From Gemmatimonadaceae bacterium (GTDB lineage Bacteria > Gemmatimonadota > Gemmatimonadetes > Gemmatimonadales > Gemmatimonadaceae), in contig DASRAP010000433.1 of assembly GCA_035638155.1 (NCBI GenBank), positions 4,569 to 68,568 of the forward strand: DNA of 64,000 bases, read 5' to 3'. The notes below the pieces were generated by a model. It did no database searches. It was not told the DNA's origin and saw nothing but the letters and a program-made list of their open reading frames with translations. The first letter of the stretch is position 1, and every line of letters begins with the position of its first letter. Position numbers and translations under genes: made by a program. Positions 1-9,561 of this stretch are shown here, in pieces.

Positions 1-725
1 CACGTGTCCATGCCGACGACGCCGTCGGGCTGTAGACCGTGATAGGCGATCTGGAACGCCTTGACCTTGGCGGCAGTCTTACTCCCGTACCAGCCGTCAT
101 CGTCGATGCCCACGACGCGCTGGACGCGCTTGACGTCTTCGCCCCGGCTCGGGATCGGCACGAGCCAGGACCACTTCAGCACGCGCGCGAGCGGATCGAA
201 GCCGTCGGGCATCTTTTCGCTGAGTGCGACCGCGGCGCGATTGACCGCCGAGCGGAGAGCCGCGTAGTGATGCGCGACGCGCTGCGCCTTGGTGGCGCCG
301 AAACCCCGATAGTAGTTGGTGTCGTAAAGGGCTTCGCTCACCGCATACAGATCGCCGGTTTTGGCAGCCTCGAGCACCGAGGGGCGCTTCACGTACATCA
401 CGCGCACGAGGTCGGCCCAGCCGACCTCGGGGGTTGCGTAGCGCCGGAAGCACACCTGATAGGGCACGTTCGTGCCGGTGTTGGTCGGGTTGGTGTCCGT
501 GTAGAGAAAGCTCGTTGCCGGATTGCAAGGTGGATTGCCAGCCTGGATCGCGCCGATGTTGTTCGAGCCCGCGCCGTCGCCGTGCCAGCCGGCGCCGTAA
601 TCGGTCTCGAGCCAGCCGACACCTTGGCAGGCTTGCAAAACCGCGCGCAGCGGCTCAGCCTGGACGCCGAAGTTTTTTTCGTAGCCGCGCGTGGTGTAGA
701 GGCGCGCGTCTTTGTGCGTCGTCAT
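1..725 (-). CDS. Peptidoglycan hydrolase (endolysin-like); C-terminus runs off window start
   Basis: ATG at 725-723 behind AAGGAGG. My translation is stop-free to position 1; the ORF is absent from the track because it has no stop in the window. LETDYGAGW..NNIGAIQ..CFRRYATPEVGWADLVRVMY looks FlgJ/GH73-like. C-terminal VQRVVGIDDDGWYGSKTAAKVKAFQIAYHGLQPDGVVG fits PG_binding_1. Confidence 0.75.
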   Translation of the reverse strand, partial: MTTHKDARLYTTRGYEKNFGVQAEPLRAVLQACQGVGWLETDYGAGWHGDGAGSNNIGAIQAGNPPCNPATSFLYTDTNPTNTGTNVPYQVCFRRYATPEVGWADLVRVMYVKRPSVLEAAKTGDLYAVSEALYDTNYYRGFGATKAQRVAHHYAALRSAVNRAAVALSEKMPDGFDPLARVLKWSWLVPIPSRGEDVKRVQRVVGIDDDGWYGSKTAAKVKAFQIAYHGLQPDGVVGMDT

Positions 726-861
726 CGAGCCCTCCTTGCCATTTGCCAAAACAGCGCGATGAAGCCCACGACCAAAACGGCACCGATGAAGGTCAAGCGC
801 TCAGAGCGCGGCAGCCGATCGAATGGCAAGCCCAGCGTCATCGGTTTTTCCCAGCGGAGTA

Positions 862-1113
862 TCATCCTCCGATTGGCTTCATTTGCAGCCACTCACCCGC
901 GGCTTTCTTGTTCGCTATCTCGAAAGAAGCCGCCTCGAAGGCGCGCACCCAAACGGCCGGATCAGTGACCTTGCCGCTGGTCAGCGCGAAGTCGAGCGCG
1001 CTCTGAAGGATCGGCATGATCGTGTCGGCGACGAGCGGCTCCTGCTCGGCGAGGATCAACAAGCGATTGACCAGGCCGAGGTAGTTTTCCGGAATGGGGA
1101 CGGGGACGTTCAT
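862..1113 (-). CDS. Hypothetical protein (83 aa)
   Basis: Internal ATG of track ORF 862..1263 (MNVPVPIPENYLGL..). GGTGAGGTG SD-like leader. ATGA overlap with the stop of 1110..1301. Confidence 0.55.
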   Translation of the reverse strand: MNVPVPIPENYLGLVNRLLILAEQEPLVADTIMPILQSALDFALTSGKVTDPAVWVRAFEAASFEIANKKAAGEWLQMKPIGG

Positions 1114-1301
1114 TTTTGGCACCTCACCCACTGCTTGAGCCGGTCGTGAAACTCGGCGTCGATTTCCTTCTTGGCTTCGCAGCGGTCGTCTTGCCCGTGG
1201 CACTTTTCGGCGAGGCTTGCGTGATACCAGGCGCCGACCGCGGCCATGTCTTCCACCGAGCACGCTTCATTGTGGACCGAAGCGCACGCCGAAGCGGCCA
1301 T
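1110..1301 (-). CDS. Small Cys/His-rich protein (63 aa)
   Basis: ATG 2 nt after the TAG of 1304..1594 (MAASACASVHNEACSVEDM..). The stop overlaps the next start (ATGA). The rest of track ORF 1110..1601 overlaps the ASCH gene in another frame. Confidence 0.5.
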   Translation of the reverse strand: MAASACASVHNEACSVEDMAAVGAWYHASLAEKCHGQDDRCEAKKEIDAEFHDRLKQWVRCQK

Positions 1302-1303
1302 CG

Positions 1304-1594
1304 CTAGGAGCCCGATGAGGGCATGCGCACGCGATCGGTTAGAATTTTTATCTTTACCTGGACAGCTACGAAGCCGACACGGAGACCGACGTGCGGATCG
1401 CCGATCATATAGGTCACTTGGACGTAGCAGGTCGGACCCGTGTACTCGCCCGCGTCCGCTGACCATTCCCGCAGCTTCAGGATGTCGCCGAGGAGAATCG
1501 GAGGTTGCGCTTCGCAGATCAGAAAGTGGAGACGCTTCTCGGCGATCGCCCGGTAGGTGGGGATGTGGAGTTTGATTTCGCGAAAACCGCTCAT
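1304..1594 (-). CDS. ASCH-superfamily (DUF3850-like) protein
   Basis: REIKLHIPTYRAIAEKRLHFLICEAQPPILLGDILKLREW..GEYTG..VQVTY resembles DUF3850/ASCH small beta-barrel proteins. ATGA overlap with 1591..2283. Confidence 0.6.
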   Translation of the reverse strand: MSGFREIKLHIPTYRAIAEKRLHFLICEAQPPILLGDILKLREWSADAGEYTGPTCYVQVTYMIGDPHVGLRVGFVAVQVKIKILTDRVRMPSSGS

Positions 1595-2283
1595 GCTGCA
1601 CGACTCACCACTTTCGTTAGCACGTAGATCGCGCCCGCCACCAAGGCCACCAATCCGATCGCTGCGCCCGCACTGGCCCCCTGGGCAACACCGCCAGATC
1701 CGCCGCCACTCGGCATCGGCTCGTTCCGCGCTTTGGTGATCGCCTGGAGGTTCTTGGTCATGGCGGCAATGTGTTTGCTCAGCGCGAGCTCGAAGTAGTG
1801 CGACTCGCGGAGCGTCTTCGAGAAATTCGCGATGTCGCCCATGTTGGCCGCCGCGAGCACCTTCGGACGCTGCTTGTAGAGTACCTGGATGAAGTGCGTG
1901 AATCCCTCATCGGGCGAAGCGTACTTGCGAAAGCATGCCTGGTAGGCTGTGCTTCCATGCTCGGGACCGCGATGGTCGGTGGCCTCGAAGCAGCTGCTCG
2001 AGCAGGGCGGCAGACCGCACTGCACCGCGCCCATGTTCCAGGTGTTGCAAGTGGTCGTGCCAGCGGGGATGTTTTTGTAGCAGGCTTGTCCGTAGTAGGA
2101 CTCGCCGCGCGAAACGGCTTGCGCGAATTGGGCCTCTAGTAACGTCGGCGTTCGGCCGAAAACGACCTTGAACGCGTTTTCGATGAAGGTGCGGGCGGAA
2201 ACGTCGCTTATTTGTGCCGCACCGAGGCCGACTTGGCGCGCGCCAAGCACTCTCACTTCACCGAGCCAAAGAAGCTTCGACAT
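1591..2283 (-). CDS. Membrane-anchored peptidoglycan hydrolase, paralogue of 1..725
   Basis: GESYYG..WNMGAVQ..CFRKYASPDEGFTHFIQVLY parallels the catalytic region of 1..725. C-terminal TM AAIGLVALVAGAIYVL. N-terminal MSKLLWLGEV tag. Confidence 0.65.
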   Translation of the reverse strand: MSKLLWLGEVRVLGARQVGLGAAQISDVSARTFIENAFKVVFGRTPTLLEAQFAQAVSRGESYYGQACYKNIPAGTTTCNTWNMGAVQCGLPPCSSSCFEATDHRGPEHGSTAYQACFRKYASPDEGFTHFIQVLYKQRPKVLAAANMGDIANFSKTLRESHYFELALSKHIAAMTKNLQAITKARNEPMPSGGGSGGVAQGASAGAAIGLVALVAGAIYVLTKVVSRAA

Positions 2284-3932
2284 TAGCGCCGACGCTTTCT
2301 GCCGCGGGCTCGTCGCTTGTGCGCGCGTTGGGCGGAGCGCTGCACTTTCGGCGAGCGATAGCCCAGTCGCACTACGCGCTCATGGGGCGCTGGACCTTGC
2401 GGCAAATCGCGGATTCCTGCCTCGGTCGGTCCGCGCCGCAGTCGCCGCGACACCATTGTGGCTGCCGCATCTTGAGAAGGCGCTCCGCTGACTCGATAAA
2501 CGGTTCCGTCATGGTTGTCATAGACGTAATACACGCCAGGCGGCGTCTGTGGAGATTCGGCTTCGTCCAGTGGCGTCTTCTTGAACCAACCGGACCAGAA
2601 GGCGTTCTCGTTGCTCGGATTCGAACGTGCCGCTGGCCGCTTCGGCGTGGCCGCTGTAGCACCGCTACTTCCGCCACCGAATATCGCCGCGCCGAGACCG
2701 AGGAGCGCGAGCGCCCCGACCGCAATCAGGATGCCAGTGTTTCCGCCACTTTCCGAGCTCGAAGGCGTTCCCCCGCCCGGGATCGGAGTCGGAGGGATCG
2801 GCAGGGGCGTCACGACGCAGAGCTTGCTCACCGGATCCCAATGGAAGCCGGGATCGCACTGCGTGACGTCGCTCGGATTTCCCGGAACGGGAGTCGGCAC
2901 GCGCGGAAGCGGCACTTGCGGAGTCGGCGCCGACGGAACCGGAGCGGATGGCGCCGGCGCGCTCGGAAATCCGGGGTTCGGGAGCTGTCCGGGGACGATC
3001 GTGATGCCCTTGGCCTGCGCCCAGACTTTCAACGAGTAAAGGCCCTGGGTCGTCAGGTCTTGCCACGCGATTTCGTTTTTCGTGGTGGGATTCGGGAGCG
3101 GTGGCGCCCATCCGGATTTGTTCCACCAGTTGTAAAAGTTCGCGAGGGTCCAGCCGTCGCGATCGCCCCAGACGAGCGAAATGTCGGCCGGCTGAAGACC
3201 ATAGCTGCCGATCGAATTGTTTCCGTCGGTTCCGTTCCATGCGGCGAGAATCGCCTTGGCCATCGCGACGTCGGCGTCGGGAAGAGCGCCGAGATCGCCG
3301 GGACCTTGGATGGTCACGGGAGGCCGATAGCGCGAGGTCGATGGAAAGATCGGAGCGATCGTTGTGAGAGGCTGGCGATATCCCGGGGGAGTTGGCATCG
3401 GTGCCGGGAGAGTGGGCAGGTAGGGAGGAATGCACCCGAAGCTGCCGTCGTCATGGACGATCTTCGAGTAGCCCGGAGGGCACGTGGTTTTGATTTGGGT
3501 GCCGGTGCTCAGAACTTCGTTGAGACTCTTCGAGACAGGGTCATAGCAATAGTAGTTAGCATTCCCACTGCCGGCGCTTTTGCTGAAATCGAAGGGTTCG
3601 AAGTTGGCGCCTTTCGGCACGAATTCGAGCGCGCACACCTTGAGCGGCTTCGATGTTTTCTTGGACCATTGCTCATAGAGCGCGCGCATGCGCTGTACGG
3701 CGACCCAGCGCAAAACCGTGTTGAAGGTGATTCCGCTCTGAAGTGGGAAATCTTCATGCACATAGTCATCGCCACCCGGGAGCGGGAAGACGGGGAATGG
3801 AGCCGCTGCGTTGAAAACGTAAATCTTCCACGCACCGCTCGTGTTCCACCACTGCCACTCGGCTGGCGTCATGCCGAGCTGCCCCGGCGCGCCGAGCACT
3901 TGGACCTTTTCTTCTAGCCATCGCATCGACAT
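2283..3932 (-). CDS. TM-anchored late protein with polybasic C-terminus (549 aa)
   Basis: MSMRWLEEKVQVLGA tag and Pro-rich linkers. Domain AWNGTDGNNSIGSYGLQPAD..FYNWWNK is shared with 3939..4559. TM GILIAVGALALLGLGAAIF. Tail AHKRRARGRKRRR. TAATG coupling to the next gene. Confidence 0.7.
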   Translation of the reverse strand: MSMRWLEEKVQVLGAPGQLGMTPAEWQWWNTSGAWKIYVFNAAAPFPVFPLPGGDDYVHEDFPLQSGITFNTVLRWVAVQRMRALYEQWSKKTSKPLKVCALEFVPKGANFEPFDFSKSAGSGNANYYCYDPVSKSLNEVLSTGTQIKTTCPPGYSKIVHDDGSFGCIPPYLPTLPAPMPTPPGYRQPLTTIAPIFPSTSRYRPPVTIQGPGDLGALPDADVAMAKAILAAWNGTDGNNSIGSYGLQPADISLVWGDRDGWTLANFYNWWNKSGWAPPLPNPTTKNEIAWQDLTTQGLYSLKVWAQAKGITIVPGQLPNPGFPSAPAPSAPVPSAPTPQVPLPRVPTPVPGNPSDVTQCDPGFHWDPVSKLCVVTPLPIPPTPIPGGGTPSSSESGGNTGILIAVGALALLGLGAAIFGGGSSGATAATPKRPAARSNPSNENAFWSGWFKKTPLDEAESPQTPPGVYYVYDNHDGTVYRVSGAPSQDAAATMVSRRLRRGPTEAGIRDLPQGPAPHERVVRLGYRSPKVQRSAQRAHKRRARGRKRRR

Positions 3933-3938
3933 GGAACA

Positions 3939-4559
3939 TCACCTCAAGAGCAGGGCAGCAAGACCGAGCACCGCGCCGACGATCGCAAGGACGCCCACCG
4001 CCCCAATGCCCTCCGAGCTCGGCGCTGACGTGATCGGCGCGGGCGGCGCCGGTAGGGGCGTCTGATTCGTCGGAACCGGAACCGGGATCGGTACGGGCAC
4101 CGGAACTGGTTGAGGTTGCGTGCGCGGACCGCAGGCCGCGAGACAGGTCGCGAGATTCGCGAGATCGCCCGCGTACTTCTGTTGACACGCAAGCGCGCAG
4201 TTGACGGATGGCGCCGGAACTTGGCCGGGATTGATGACGCCCTTTTCCACGCCCCATTGCAGAAGCGCCTGGAGATGCTCGGGCTTCAGATCGATCCAGG
4301 TGTACGAGCCGGGCGCGGGGAAGACCGCGGGCTGCTTGTTGTTGGCCTTCCACCAATTGGCGAAGCAGGCGAGCGCGTTTCCATCGCGCGTTTTCCACGT
4401 GGTCGGATCGACGTCGTCCGGCTCGAGGCCGTAGCCGGTGACGCAATTGTTGCCGTCGGTTGCCACGAACGAAGCGAGCAACGCCTTGGCTTGCGCGTTC
4501 GAGGGCGCGTCGAGAGCACCCAAGAAGTCGACTTTCTTTTCTAGCCAGCGCATGCCCAT
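3939..4559 (-). CDS. C-terminally TM-anchored paralogue of 2283..3932 (206 aa)
   Basis: MGMRWLEKKVDFLGA tag. FVATDGNNCVTGYGLEPDD..FANWWKANNK repeats the domain of the neighbouring gene. PVPVPVPIPVPVP linker. C-terminal TM GAVGVLAIVGAVLGLAALLL. Confidence 0.7.
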   Translation of the reverse strand: MGMRWLEKKVDFLGALDAPSNAQAKALLASFVATDGNNCVTGYGLEPDDVDPTTWKTRDGNALACFANWWKANNKQPAVFPAPGSYTWIDLKPEHLQALLQWGVEKGVINPGQVPAPSVNCALACQQKYAGDLANLATCLAACGPRTQPQPVPVPVPIPVPVPTNQTPLPAPPAPITSAPSSEGIGAVGVLAIVGAVLGLAALLLR

Positions 4560-4562
4560 GAC

Positions 4563-5141
4563 TCACCTCGAGAGAAAGAATGCCGCGAGGCCGATCACGA
4601 TACCCGCGATCGCGAGCGCCACGCCGGTGCCGCCGCCGGACGCCGCGGGCGTCGTAGAGCTCGCGGGCGGCGTCGTCGTGCCACCACCGCCGCCAGATCC
4701 GGGACGGGGGATTTTCTTACCGCCGGGCGTGCCTTGCGTCGTGGGACCGAAGCCGCACTTCTGGCCGCACTGAATCGCGGCGGCTTTGAGCGCCGCTTCG
4801 TCGGTGCCTACCGCTTCTTGCTGGAAGGCGTCCATACATGCGTTGAAGCACGGGCTCACCTTTGCGCCGACCTTCTGCATTTGCTCGTGGTCGACCAAGA
4901 TCCCCGCGCCGCACGCTTCGGTCATGCACTGGTTCACGCACGGCCAAATCAGAAGTCCGCCCCAGCCGCCGATGCCGATCGCGGTGCAGATCGCGTAGCA
5001 GGCGTCCTGGTTATAGAGGTTTGCCTGGCACGCGGAAGTGGTCGGCTCGGTGAAAAGTCCGACGCCAACAGGCGCAGCAAGGCGGCCGTTCCAGCGAACT
5101 GAGGAACGCGGGCCGACCTGGCCGCGCCAAGCTACGATCAC
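4563..5141 (-). CDS. Cys-rich C-terminally TM-anchored protein (192 aa)
   Basis: GTG at 5141 in GTGA overlap with the stop of 5138..5509. (M)IVAWRGQVGPRSSVRWNGRL parallels MIQSWSGQVALRPNGRL. 10 Cys. TM VALAIAGIVIGLAAFFL. Confidence 0.6.
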   Translation of the reverse strand: MIVAWRGQVGPRSSVRWNGRLAAPVGVGLFTEPTTSACQANLYNQDACYAICTAIGIGGWGGLLIWPCVNQCMTEACGAGILVDHEQMQKVGAKVSPCFNACMDAFQQEAVGTDEAALKAAAIQCGQKCGFGPTTQGTPGGKKIPRPGSGGGGGTTTPPASSTTPAASGGGTGVALAIAGIVIGLAAFFLSR

Positions 5142-5509
5142 GGGTTTGCTCTCATGTGCCCGCGTCCGCCCGCGAACATGATCGCCGCGGCGACCGCGAG
5201 CGCTCCGCCGAGCAACCACACGATCACAGGGACGCCCGCCGTCGCCGACGAGCTCGCGGGCGCGGGGGCCGGCGCGGGAGTCGGGGTCGGCGTCGGCGCG
5301 GGGACCGGAATGCCGGCGTTGATGACTTCGCCGATTTTAGCGGGGAGCTCCGCCGGGGTGAGGCCGCACGCCTTGAGGCACGGCTCGATGCACGTGAGGA
5401 ACGGGCGAGCGTTGGCGCACGATTGCGCGCAAAGCGCCTCGCAGTTCGAGAGGGCGCCGAGGCGCCCGTTCGGGCGGAGGGCGACTTGTCCTGACCAGGA
5501 TTGGATCAC
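5138..5509 (-). CDS. Cys-rich C-terminally TM-anchored protein (123 aa), paralogue of 4563..5141
   Basis: GTG start in GTGA overlap with the upstream stop. 6 Cys. PAPTPTPTPAPAPAP linker. TM VPVIVWLLGGALAVAAAIMF. Confidence 0.65.
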   Translation of the reverse strand: MIQSWSGQVALRPNGRLGALSNCEALCAQSCANARPFLTCIEPCLKACGLTPAELPAKIGEVINAGIPVPAPTPTPTPAPAPAPASSSATAGVPVIVWLLGGALAVAAAIMFAGGRGHMRANP

Positions 5510-6717
5510 GCTGCCGCCCTTCTACGCTTCGGGGCCGAGCGCCGACGCTTTTGCGAACGAGCTCGCGCCGCGCGCGCGGGCTGCTTCGGGAGGTTCGGGG
5601 CACGCATGCCCAAGAAGATCGCGCCGATGGCCGCGCCGATGCCGAGTAGCCAACCCCATCCGGAGCCGCCACCGATCCCGGCGGTGGTTGCCGTGGATTC
5701 GCAAGATCCGTCAGCTGCGCGCTTGTAACCCGTCGGGCACTTGTCGACGCACGATCCGGACACGCACTCCTTGGTCGGATCGGTGCACGGCGTTGCGGGC
5801 GTGCACTCCGGAGCGGGCGGCGGAGGAGCACCACCGCCGCTTCCCGCTGCGGCTTCGCACTCGTTCAGTTGCTGTTGGATTTGGTTGACCTGCGCTTGCG
5901 CTGCGTTTCGCGCTGACACTTGTCCGGCATATTGCGCGTCGAGAGCTTGGCCGGTGGCCGTGTCTCCGTTTTGATACGCCGCGATGCGCGCGGCATCGAG
6001 GTCGACGATGTAGCTCTTGATTCCCGCCAGTTTTGCCTTAGCGGCCTGCAACTGAGCATTTAGCGCGTCGCACGCTTCGTTTTGCCCGAGCCGCCCCTCG
6101 CCCGGACCGAACAAGAACGGAACCGGCGGGCGCGTGATGCGCGTCTGAAATTGCGTGGTCGTGACGGTCGTTCCGCCGAACGGCTGAGTCCCGAACGGGC
6201 TCAGCGGGATGCTTCGCCGAAAGAACGACGTGAACGGGAACGGATAGACGAACGGGATCGGATTGGGCGGAGGCGGCTGGTAGTTTCCGATCGTCGTCTT
6301 GACGCCGTCGTAGGTGCAGTACGAGACCGGCTGCATCAGGATGTTGGTCTTGGTGTACGAGCCGCACACGGCCTTGTATTTCCAGACCGGAGTGGCGCCC
6401 GGTGGAATGCCGCCCGGCTGCCACGAGTTGAACGCCTGCGTGATGCCCGCGTAGCCCTGCGCGTGCGTTCGCAGATGCGGCCCGCTGGTGCCGACGAGCT
6501 GGCCGTTGTTGTAAAAGTAGTAGGTCCAGTACTCGAGCTCGTAAGGCGCACCGACGCCTTCCTTCGGTCCGAGCAACTGCTGAGGCCCGCCGGCTCCGCC
6601 GCGATCGTGCAAGAACACCGGCCGGAGATTCGGCGGCATCACCGCGCTGCCGAAGTACGCTCGCGCGCTCGGTCCGGTTTGCGTCTTCACCGGGTCAATC
6701 CATTTCACGAGCGCCAT
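5506..6717 (-). CDS. Beta-rich + coiled-coil + Cys-cluster protein with C-terminal TM and polybasic tail (403 aa)
   Basis: Start moved to ATG 6717 (MALVKWIDPV), a 1-nt TGATG overlap with the upstream stop. Ala/Gln heptad-like stretch. TM WGWLLGIGAAIGAIFLG. Tail RSQKRRRSAPKRRR. Confidence 0.7.
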   Translation of the reverse strand: MALVKWIDPVKTQTGPSARAYFGSAVMPPNLRPVFLHDRGGAGGPQQLLGPKEGVGAPYELEYWTYYFYNNGQLVGTSGPHLRTHAQGYAGITQAFNSWQPGGIPPGATPVWKYKAVCGSYTKTNILMQPVSYCTYDGVKTTIGNYQPPPPNPIPFVYPFPFTSFFRRSIPLSPFGTQPFGGTTVTTTQFQTRITRPPVPFLFGPGEGRLGQNEACDALNAQLQAAKAKLAGIKSYIVDLDAARIAAYQNGDTATGQALDAQYAGQVSARNAAQAQVNQIQQQLNECEAAAGSGGGAPPPPAPECTPATPCTDPTKECVSGSCVDKCPTGYKRAADGSCESTATTAGIGGGSGWGWLLGIGAAIGAIFLGMRAPNLPKQPARAARARSQKRRRSAPKRRRAAA

Positions 6718-7607
6718 CAGCGTGGTCCTTTCGGTAAATCTTCGCAGCACGGGAAAAGCTCGACGGCCAAGCCGCCCGCGACTCGTCCGTAAACGACCGG
6801 CAAGGGTGAATCGAGCTCCTCGAAGGCAGAGACGAACTGATCCTCGGGGCGACCGACGCCCGCAGGGATGTTGAGGCCACAACGGCTGACCGGATTGGTC
6901 TGATGCACCGAGGCGTAGAAGGTCACTCGCCCAGGGCCGAGCACCGGGATCGAGAGCTCGCGCGCCGTCGGGTCGAGATAGCGCATGTCGCGCCACGTCC
7001 CGAGCAGGTCGACGTCAGCGCCAGGCGGGATGCCGGCGCCGGGGGGCTTGTACGGCAGGAACGGCGGCACATAGAGCAACGCCGCATCCTGGCCGCTCAT
7101 CGAAGGGCTCGCGCCGTCCGGTTGCGCGGGATCGTTGACCGACTCGGGGGAGAAGCGGTGGGGCTCGTAGCGCAAATGCCAGGAGATGTTTCCGTCCTGG
7201 AAGTGCCAGCCGGGGGAAGTGATCTCGAGCTCGACCGGGACCGGTCCGCACTCGGTGCTGCGCGATTGAGGCACGGTGCGAATCGTCGCGTACTGCCAAA
7301 TGCCGCGGATCACGATCGCGCGCTTCTTGTCGATTTCGACTTGAAGCAACCGAATCAAGTAGCGCTCAGCTTGCGATCGCGTCGCGTTGTCGGGCACGCG
7401 CACGCCAAGCGCGCTCGTGTCTCCCAGCCACGGCGTCGAACCGATGCCGAGCAAGTCGGGATCGAACGACTGCGTGAAGAGCTCGATCACCGCGCGGCAG
7501 TCCCAACGCGGATCGGCGCTCCCCAAAAACGAGGGATGGCCCACGACGCCCGCGCGCTTGGCGCGCTCGGCAGAGAGAGAGATTACGGATTTGGCGTTTG
7601 CCGACAC
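6717..7607 (-). CDS. TM-free structural candidate (296 aa), possible vertex/minor capsid protein
   Basis: GTG start behind AAAGGGGAA. Real CDS by composition. The function is inferred only from position after the two other capsid-size ORFs. Confidence 0.4.
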   Translation of the reverse strand: MSANAKSVISLSAERAKRAGVVGHPSFLGSADPRWDCRAVIELFTQSFDPDLLGIGSTPWLGDTSALGVRVPDNATRSQAERYLIRLLQVEIDKKRAIVIRGIWQYATIRTVPQSRSTECGPVPVELEITSPGWHFQDGNISWHLRYEPHRFSPESVNDPAQPDGASPSMSGQDAALLYVPPFLPYKPPGAGIPPGADVDLLGTWRDMRYLDPTARELSIPVLGPGRVTFYASVHQTNPVSRCGLNIPAGVGRPEDQFVSAFEELDSPLPVVYGRVAGGLAVELFPCCEDLPKGPR

Positions 7608-7621
7608 GGGCTATTCCCCTT

Positions 7622-8335
7622 TCAGGGGCAGCCCGGCCCCAAATCCCTCGGAGCGAAAACGCCCTCTGCCTGGAGCTCGTCGATGATCTGCGTGAAGTCG
7701 CAGCCGTTGTAGAGACCGGTCGGAAGCCGCGTCCCGTGAAAGGTGATAATCGCCTCGGTCGGTACTTCGTCGGCTTGAAGAGTGCGGAGGTTCGTGAAGA
7801 GGGCGTCGAAGGTGGCTGAGCACTTCAAGACCAGGCCGGCGGGGCAGACGCACTCGAAGACCGCTTCGATGTTCTCGAGGGGGGTCGGCTCGGTGTTGAT
7901 CAGGTAGTTGCAGAACGAGTGGATGATGAGCGAGTTCAGGTCGATGTTGGGGTTCAGGCGATTGAAGTAATCGGACTGAGCCTTCCAGATCGATCCTGCC
8001 GCGAAGTTCGGGCGGCGCACCGTGTAGGTGACGCGCCGGATCCAAATGTCGCTTTCGACCGTGCCGAGCATCTGACCCAGCACGGGCTTGTCCGCCGTGG
8101 TCGCATCCCAACGCGCTTTCACGCTGAGCATCACCCAGCCGTTGGTCTCGGTCACCAGCCAGCCGTCGCCAGCCATGCGGTAGCCGAGACCCTTTTTCGC
8201 GGCCTGCAAGAGCGTGTGCGCCAGCCGTGGCTCTTGGAGGGCGATCCCTCCGAGCCATTGCGGCGCCGCCGCTCGGCGCGCCCGGGCGAGCGCGGCCGAA
8301 ACCTCGTCGCCCGGAGCTGTGTTGGGTGCGTTCAC
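7622..8335 (-). CDS. TM-free structural candidate (237 aa), possible single-jelly-roll/penton-like protein
   Basis: GTG start 41 nt after the stop of 8377..9561. No TM and no motif. Functional call is positional inference. Confidence 0.4.
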   Translation of the reverse strand: MNAPNTAPGDEVSAALARARRAAAPQWLGGIALQEPRLAHTLLQAAKKGLGYRMAGDGWLVTETNGWVMLSVKARWDATTADKPVLGQMLGTVESDIWIRRVTYTVRRPNFAAGSIWKAQSDYFNRLNPNIDLNSLIIHSFCNYLINTEPTPLENIEAVFECVCPAGLVLKCSATFDALFTNLRTLQADEVPTEAIITFHGTRLPTGLYNGCDFTQIIDELQAEGVFAPRDLGPGCP

Positions 8336-8376
8336 TGGAGTGTGGCCTTGCCGATGACCTTACTTACCCGACGACC

Positions 8377-9561
8377 TTACTTCGCCGAGGCGAGGAGGTT
8401 GTCGAATTGCTTCTTGACGTCTTCCGGCAGGCCGTTCAGGGCGCCGCGGTTCGCGATGAGCTTGCTCGTCAGGTACGAGCCGATGCCCACCTGCTGGTAG
8501 AGCATTTCGAGCGCGCTTCCCGAGGTCACTCCCGCGAGGTACTCCACGCAAGCCGCCGGCACGAGGTCGTAGCCCGCGAGGACCGCGCCGATCGTGAAAC
8601 AGCCACCCGGCACCGTGTAGATCCCGGCGTTGCCCGAGCCGCACTCGAGCGTGTCCGTGAACTGGCTGCTCGGCAGAGTCGGAGTGGCGCAGTCGAGGAC
8701 CGCGTCGCGCCGCATCGCCGGGAAGAAGCAGCAATCACCCTCGACGCGCGTGAAACGGACGTCGATGGTCATGCCGGGCAACCAAAGGATCGGGAACGGC
8801 AGCGGATAGCAGCGGTTCGAGATGCCCTTGGTGTGCTGGCTTCCCCACATCGCTTCCGCAGTCGGCGCGGGCATGCACTCGCTACCAGCGGCGGTGTTCT
8901 GGGGGATGAATTGCTTGTTGCAACCCTTGGCCACGAGCACGTCGTTGACGTCGCGATTGAACGGAGTCGTCGAGATGAGCGAGGTGCCGCTCCCGACGAA
9001 TTCCATGGTCGCTCCGACGAGACCCATGACGTGGGCCGCTTCCTCGAAAATCTGGAAATGCCGTCCGATGAACATCGAGACGCGGTACGCCTGGAAGAAC
9101 TTCTCGATGATGTTCCAGGTCGGGTAACCCCATGCGAGCACCGCGTTGTGCTCGTCGAGCGCGCCGGTGCATCCGGTCACGCAAGGGGTCGGTCCGCCCG
9201 AGGCGACCACGTTCTTCATGACGCCCGTGAGCGCGAAGCCCTGGCCCTCTGCGGTCGCCAAGATGCCGAAGCCCATCATGAGGAACGGAGTCTCGACGGT
9301 CGTCCCGCGCGAGAGATTGGTCTGGCGACCCGGGCACGCTTGCGGCTGGTCGAGCGTGAAGAGTCGGATTTCCCCGGGGAATGCCGCGTCGAATTCCTCG
9401 GGCGTCATCGGCAGTTGGTACTGCGCGATGTCGTAGAGGCGAGCGGTCAAGCGCGAGAGCGGGCTCTTGCCGGCCGTGATCTGGCCGAGGATGCCGCCCT
9501 TGTGGGTCGGCTCGATCTGCGAAAACTGCTTGTGGTCTGCCTTGATAACTTCGGTCGCCAT
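8377..9561 (-). CDS. Candidate major capsid protein (394 aa, 12 Cys)
   Basis: Largest TM-free late ORF, preceded by the only ~100-nt gap of the late operon and an AAAGGA leader. Gly/Thr/Val-rich. Size is typical of double-jelly-roll capsid proteins. The CDS is solid; the fold is unverified. Confidence 0.45.
   Translation of the reverse strand: MATEVIKADHKQFSQIEPTHKGGILGQITAGKSPLSRLTARLYDIAQYQLPMTPEEFDAAFPGEIRLFTLDQPQACPGRQTNLSRGTTVETPFLMMGFGILATAEGQGFALTGVMKNVVASGGPTPCVTGCTGALDEHNAVLAWGYPTWNIIEKFFQAYRVSMFIGRHFQIFEEAAHVMGLVGATMEFVGSGTSLISTTPFNRDVNDVLVAKGCNKQFIPQNTAAGSECMPAPTAEAMWGSQHTKGISNRCYPLPFPILWLPGMTIDVRFTRVEGDCCFFPAMRRDAVLDCATPTLPSSQFTDTLECGSGNAGIYTVPGGCFTIGAVLAGYDLVPAACVEYLAGVTSGSALEMLYQQVGIGSYLTSKLIANRGALNGLPEDVKKQFDNLLASAK

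Noticed and set aside
39-968. 309-aa plus-strand ORF, and many other long ORFs rich in Arg/Ala/Gly/Pro (e.g. 2214..3917+, 8227..9627+, 10282..11607+, 16049..17548+, 39545..40837-, 59302..60372-)
   Set aside because: They lie antisense or out of frame to ORFs with protein-like composition, SD leaders and stop-start coupling. Long stop-free shadow frames are expected in high-GC DNA.
1110-1601. Possible embedded lipoprotein (o-spanin-like, ..ALIGLLAMAASAC) overlapping the ASCH gene, by analogy with Rz/Rz1
   Set aside because: No in-frame start codon lies at a sensible distance upstream of the hydrophobic stretch. The only candidate Met would add over 50 Arg-rich residues. Kept as a 63-aa ORF from ATG 1301.
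8470-8495. GQITAGKS near the N-terminus of the 394-aa ORF matches the Walker A pattern GxxxxGK[ST], so it could be a packaging ATPase
   Set aside because: There is no hydrophobic beta-strand before it, no convincing Walker B (hhhhDE) or sensor motif downstream, and the composition is beta-rich. I treat it as a chance match; coordinates are approximate.
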